A stretch of 64,000 bases of DNA, from NCBI RefSeq assembly GCF_018350175.1, contig NC_058382.1, positions 59,274,001 through 59,338,000 of the forward strand, in the 5' to 3' direction. The notes under the pieces are model-generated. The model was not told the DNA's origin, did no database searches, and saw only the letters and a program-made list of their open reading frames with translations. Below are positions 59,325-64,000 of the stretch, piece by piece (positions within the stretch are counted from its first letter, which is position 1; each line of letters starts with the position of its first letter). The DNA comes from Felis catus (taxonomy: Eukaryota). Made by a program: the position numbers and the translations under genes.

Positions 59325-59880
59325 CTGCACAGCCTGGCGTGCCTCAAAAAGTCCAACATGGAATCAGCACGGGACCCCACAATTGCACTTCCGGGTGCAG
59401 ACCTGAGACAGGTGAACACAGGTTCTCCACCAAGCTTCCCAGCAGGTGTTCACCATGCTACTGTCACGCACGGTAAGGAAAAACGCAGAACCAGCCCAGG
59501 CGCCTGCCCATCCGTGGGTGAATGGATAACCACACTGTAGCACATCCACGTAACAGAATAGTATTCAGCCGCCAACAGGAGTCGAGTACTGACACATGGT
59601 TGGGTGCAGGAGAGCGAAATCGTGCTAAATGGAAGAAGCCAGTCTCCTGTGTGGCTCCACTCACAAGAACGTTCCAGAATAAGCATGTCTATAGTCAGAA
59701 GAGTGGTTGCCAAGGGTGGGGAAGGGGCGACTGGTGGCGGGCATGGGGTCTCCTCCTGGGGTGAAAGCGCTCTGCACTTAGAAGTGTGGTTTCGCTACAT
59801 GTACTCCGTTGCCCCTGGACTCTTTGGCTTAAAATGGTTCGCTTTACACGATGTGGATTTAACCTCGATTTTTTAGAAAA
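59325..59880 (+). mobile_element. Old L1 3' end (L1MB-like)
   Basis: CCTCAAAAAGTCCAACATGGAATCAGCACGGGACCCCACAATTGCACTT, TGCCCATCCGTGGGTGAATGGATAA, GTATTCAGCC, GTGCTAAATGGAAGAAGCCAGTC and AGTGGTTGCCAAGGG. Confidence 0.82.
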
Positions 59881-59957
59881 GGCGGAATGCAGAACGGGAC
59901 GCCTGGAAGTCCTGGAAAGTCCATTACTTCGCGGCTGACGTTATGTAAGCGGGAGCC

Positions 59958-60100
59958 GGTGTGGGGGGGTGGGGGGCGGCGCGTGGGCAGGGAGGAGGCA
60001 CGGGCAGGGGAGGTGGAGGGGGGTGGTGCGGGCAGAGGAGGTGGAAGGGTGGCGCGGGCAGGGGTGGTGGTGGGGGGTGGGGGGAGGGAGCGGTGCGGGC
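59958..60100 (+). repeat. G-rich low-complexity / degenerate repeat (GCGGGCAGGGG..GGTGG)
   Basis: Many runs of 3 or more G and a recurring CGGGCAG. Confidence 0.85.
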
Positions 60101-60879
60101 CAGAATGCAGGGTGCGGCCAGGAACGCTGAGGGTTTAAAGTAACAGGAAGCCTGAGCAATACCATCAATGAGGCTTTTCTGACGGCTGCTCGTATGGAGC
60201 GGAACAAAGTGTGCTGAGTGTCGGGAGGAGGCGTGAGTCCGGCTGCCAGGCTTTGCCGGGGGGCCTCTGACCGCACACCGGCCGCAAACCTGAAAGCTGC
60301 TCGGTGAACAATCCGGACCCAAGGTTTTAACAAAACTCGGCCTAGCACCGGCCTTGAATGTGAGCCAGAGGATTTCGGTGACAGCCAGGAAAACGCACGG
60401 GGCAAATGCTTCTCAGGGCTGGAGTGGTCGGGGGGGGTGGGGGCACATCCTCTCCTGGGCTCGCCATGGAGCTCTGCAGCACAGCTGCGGCAGTGACACG
60501 GGGCCGGGTGGGCTCAGAGGTGACGGCGCTCGGGGGCCCCCGGTATGCCTGGGTCCTGGTCGGCCAGAAACAGGGTGCTGGTGAACCCGCAGCGTGTCTT
60601 TCCACGGCTCTCAGGGCAGGAAGCGGGGCTTCCGGGGAAGGTCCCGTGGTGCCGAGAGCCACCTTTCTGAGCCACGTTGTCCCGTCTGTGCAACGAGGAA
60701 CCAAGGCCACCTCGTCCAGCTGTCTGAGAAGTAAACTGGCACGTCCCTCCTTCCCTGCTCTCAGGGCTGACCCCAGCATCCTGCAGGCCTCGCCCCAATC
60801 TCTCAAGGCTGCCCGGCCAGACCCTCAGCTGGGCTAAACCCCTTGTTCCATTCTCTGTATGACTGTGTTCCCCTGGACT

Positions 60880-61050
60880 TGCTCACATATGGAATTATTT
60901 ATACGTGGGCCTGCCTGGCCCATCCAGGATCACTCCCCACCTCAAGGGCCTGAGCTTAATCTCAGGCAAAGTCCCTTTTGCCACGTGAGGCCACATAGTG
61001 ACAGGTCCAGGACTGGGACGTGGATGTCCTGGGGGTGTCGTTCTGCTGAG
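60880..61050 (-). mobile_element. MaLR LTR fragment (MLT1D/E-like)
   Basis: ATCCAGGATCACTCCCCACCTCAAG..CTTAATCTCAGGCAAAGTCCCTTTTGCCACGTGAGG..ACAGGTCCAGGACTGGGACGTGGATGTCCTGGGGG. Confidence 0.7.
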
Positions 61051-61179
61051 CAAGGGTCAGAAGGGCCCCATGGGAATGACCACTTAGTAGGAAAGAAAGA
61101 CAATAAAACAACTCCATGAATAACTGCTCTAAAGGGGGTGGGGGGGAAGGAACCTGTGTATCTCAGTGATGATAATGAC

Positions 61180-61370
61180 AAAAAAGTACGTATTTACGAA
61201 GCACTTACTATATGCCAGGAATCTTGTTAGACTCTCAGACACTTTACCACATGAAAAACGGTACTGTGAGAAGATGGGTCTCAGCATTCCCACTTAACAG
61301 AAGTGAAAACTGAGGCGTCGTATGTGAGTGTCGACTCCAGAACGGGGTTCCTGGCCCCTGTCCTATAAAC
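61180..61370 (-). mobile_element. MIR SINE
   Basis: GCACTTACTATATGCCAGG..ATTCCCACTTAACAGAAGTGAAAACTGAGGC. Confidence 0.65.
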
Positions 61371-62111
61371 AGAGCACCTGAGTCCTTGGCCCACGGACCA
61401 CGTGCACGACCACAGGCTGGAACAGGGTGACTCGGGAGATCCAGGGTGACTCAGGAAGAGTCTGTCCACTTCTTAATTGCCGGGGAGAGGGAGAGAGGGG
61501 CTCGGGCTCTTTCCCTCGTGTGCAGTCACTTCACAAACAGGCCCCCGGGAGTGGCGACAGGAGGGAAGGTGCTTTTGCGTTTTGTGCTTGGCCGGCCTGG
61601 CGCACCGCAACCTGCCATCCAGCCGAGCACGGGCGTGTGGACACTGGCCAGTGATAGAGCAAGTCCAGGCCCCCGGGCCACCTGAACCAGGCAATCCAGC
61701 GTCGCAATCGAGGGCAGTGCCGGAAGGCTGCAGCACGGTCCTGCCTCAGAGAAAGGAATTGTTGTCTTTGTCTGTAAACACAAGTTTCCAGTTGTCCTGA
61801 CTGTGATTCTGAGGTGCAATTCTCCTCTCCACAACAGACTACGTTATTTTCCCGTGTCCTCAGGGACGTCCAGCGTATCACCGTCCACTTACCAGGTCTG
61901 CAGGGATCCAGAACTTGAACACCCGGATCTCCTCTGCCGGTGGAACACCGATACTCAGTCTGTGCTTATTAACTCTTAGTCTACACACAGTTCTAACAGA
62001 CTTGGTCATTTTGCGCACAAACAGATTCTGATGATCAGATTAGAAAGGCAACAAGGGGAGGATCTTCGAACACAATGGATCCAGGGATGACATTGGTGGC
62101 TCTAGGTAGAA

Positions 62112-62168
62112 GCCGTGCCCACTGCCTGAGGGCACGTGGCCGTGCCCACTGCCTGAGGGCACGTGGCC
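62112..62168. repeat. Perfect 27-bp tandem duplication (GCCGTGCCCACTGCCTGAGGGCACGTG)x2
   Basis: Identical copies at 62112-62138 and 62139-62165, followed by GCC. Confidence 0.97.
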
Positions 62169-63194
62169 TCAGACAGTGCTGGCATATGGGTGCCGAACTC
62201 TCACCGCCCCACCCGCTTCCTTCGTCCTTCTGGAAAGTACAGGACGAAGCTCACACCTCAGGGGCTTGGACAGGGAAACAAGAGGCTGGAGTGGAATCCC
62301 AGTGCGGCCTGGGACGGCCATGCATCTCAGACGGAATATGACGGTCTCGAGATGCTGGCCCCTCGGGGTGACCGGGTGAAGGGGCAGGTGCTCCCACACT
62401 TGCCACCCAACCTCACACCTTCTCCGGTTCTAGAGATGATGGGACAAGGGGAGTGACCCGCCCAAAGTCCCAAAGCAACGCTGGGGGAGTGGGGGTGCAC
62501 CGAGGCCCACTGGCCCTGCAGCCCGCCGGCTGCTCCCCTGCACCTTCCGGCTTTGCCCCTGGACCAGAACTGGAAGATTCGGGGGAGGGCGGGGGGCTGG
62601 TCCCTTCCTGGGGGGGTTCACTCTGCCATGTTTTATTTCAGGGAAACAAGGACGAGAGGCAGCCTAGATTTGAATCTTCTCAAATTCTCAACAGCCCCCC
62701 ACCCCACACAACCATGAACCCCAACAGACAGACACTCATTAACTACGTTTGAGGCTACCAGTTCTTAATGACTTAAGTGGAAAACCAATCAACCTGTCAT
62801 CTCGAGAACCCAGTAAATAACGAGAGAGGCTCTCCTGCCCGGAGAAGCCGTCCCGCCAGCCCCCGACTGCGCCACAGGTAACCAAATGGCAGACTAGGAG
62901 AAGCGTCTCTGTGTGAACTTCCTCCGGCCGACAGACGAGAACAAAATGACAGAACTTCGCTGTTTTGCAGCCCCCGATGAATTAGTGGAAACACTTTGAA
63001 GCACTGACAGCCCCTAACATCAAAAACGCGATGGAAAGAGGGAGAGACGACATTTCAAGGAGAAAGTCAGAACTCTCTTAGAAGGGCAGGAGAAAGACAA
63101 ACTCTGGAAACACCGACGGTAATTTCAACGCCCACGGGTACGTACACGCGTGTGGACGCACCTGGCCAGGTGCAGGCAGAATGGTGCCACTTCA

Positions 63195-63800
63195 CTGGGA
63201 GAAATTAACTTCCCTCATGCCTTGGAAGCAGAACGTTTAAATAACCAGAGAGGAAATACAAACCCTGACGTTAATCCAAACATCTCTTCTTATTTTCATA
63301 ATAGCCCCACCAAGTAGGAACAGCAAAGTCGCGTTTAATCAATGTATTTCACGGCCAGGGCAATTCCATTGTCCTTCCCGTCTATTTTTGGGTTTGACCC
63401 TGGAGGCAACTAAGATTCATTTTCAGGAAACAAATCCATGAAAATTATACCACTTTTTGTGCTAAATGCGCAGCCGGTGCGTGCAGGCTCGGCGTTTCCG
63501 AGCAGCGAGGGTACACGCCGCGTTCCTCGCCCTGAATGCCTAACATCTGTGGGTCCACAGGAGAATTAATTCTTCAGGAAAAGGCCCCTACCCTAATTAG
63601 ATTTTACTTGGCTTATTAGTGAATCTCATTCACTGACTTAATGAGAAACAAAAGTCATGTGATAAAAGAGTCACGAGCAATAAAACGTTAACTAAATTTA
63701 TACAGCAGAGGGCTTGAAATTTTCCCTCCATATCAGCAAAACTGAAATCCACAGTGGAAACACGAATTGCTATAAATGGCTTCAGACCTAGGCACGGGGA
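63195..63800. promoter_or_regulatory. Candidate conserved non-coding element/enhancer
   Basis: AT-richer non-repeat block with TAATCC (63272), TAATCAAT (63336), CATTGT (63367), AGAATTAATTCT (63562), CTAATTAG (63593), AGTCATGTGA (63653) and CAATAAAA (63678). Confidence 0.45.
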
Positions 63801-63889
63801 CTGTTTATATTCAGGATGTGGCCTATTCCAGAGAGAGCGCACACAATGTAGGCATTTAGAGTGCTAGACGTGTGTCCAAATCTTAACTA

Positions 63890-64000
63890 ATTGGGGGCAG
63901 TAATAATTGCTAAGGTTTACTTCATACTTCCTATGTGCCAAGCTATTCCAATAGCTCTAAATGCATCAACTCATTTAACGTCACGAGGCAGACTATCAGT
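63890..64000 (-). mobile_element. MIR SINE (runs off the window end)
   Basis: TAATAATTGCTAAGGTTTAC..ACTTCCTATGTGCCAAGC..ATGCATCAACTCATTTAA. Confidence 0.6.

Noticed and set aside
1..64000. Hundreds of 60-280 aa ORFs in the six-frame track as protein-coding genes
   Set aside because: They overlap on both strands, are P/G/R/A-rich as expected from GC-rich stop-poor DNA, and show no recognisable domains. Small spliced exons cannot be fully excluded without RNA or homology data.

Overview
This is GC- and CpG-rich, non-coding mammalian genomic DNA from a feliform carnivore, most likely a cat or other felid. The taxon call rests on six felid-type Can-SINEs (SINEC_Fc-like) and a young carnivore L1 3' end. 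I find no credible protein-coding exon, RNA gene or CRISPR/prokaryotic system; the six-frame ORFs are explained by high GC, tandem repeats and SINEs. The window is a patchwork of ancient eutherian repeats: MIR, L2, L1M, MaLR/ERVL solo LTRs, and hAT elements (MER20, MER58, MER91, a FordPrefect-like element). It also holds two minisatellites and several short AT-richer, motif-dense islands that look like developmental enhancers in a gene desert or large intron. The most notable items are a VNTR built from MITF/TFE-type M-boxes (5.5-6.05 kb), an E-box/GATA composite with a GATA palindrome (9.3 kb), a G4-prone 46-bp VNTR (37 kb), and a nested transposon stack containing a closely spaced inverted SINE pair (55.6-58 kb). 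The old repeats also appear GC-shifted. Repeat subfamily names come from my recollection of consensus sequences, not from a database search, and boundaries of old repeats are approximate. I do not see support for a novel biological system here.
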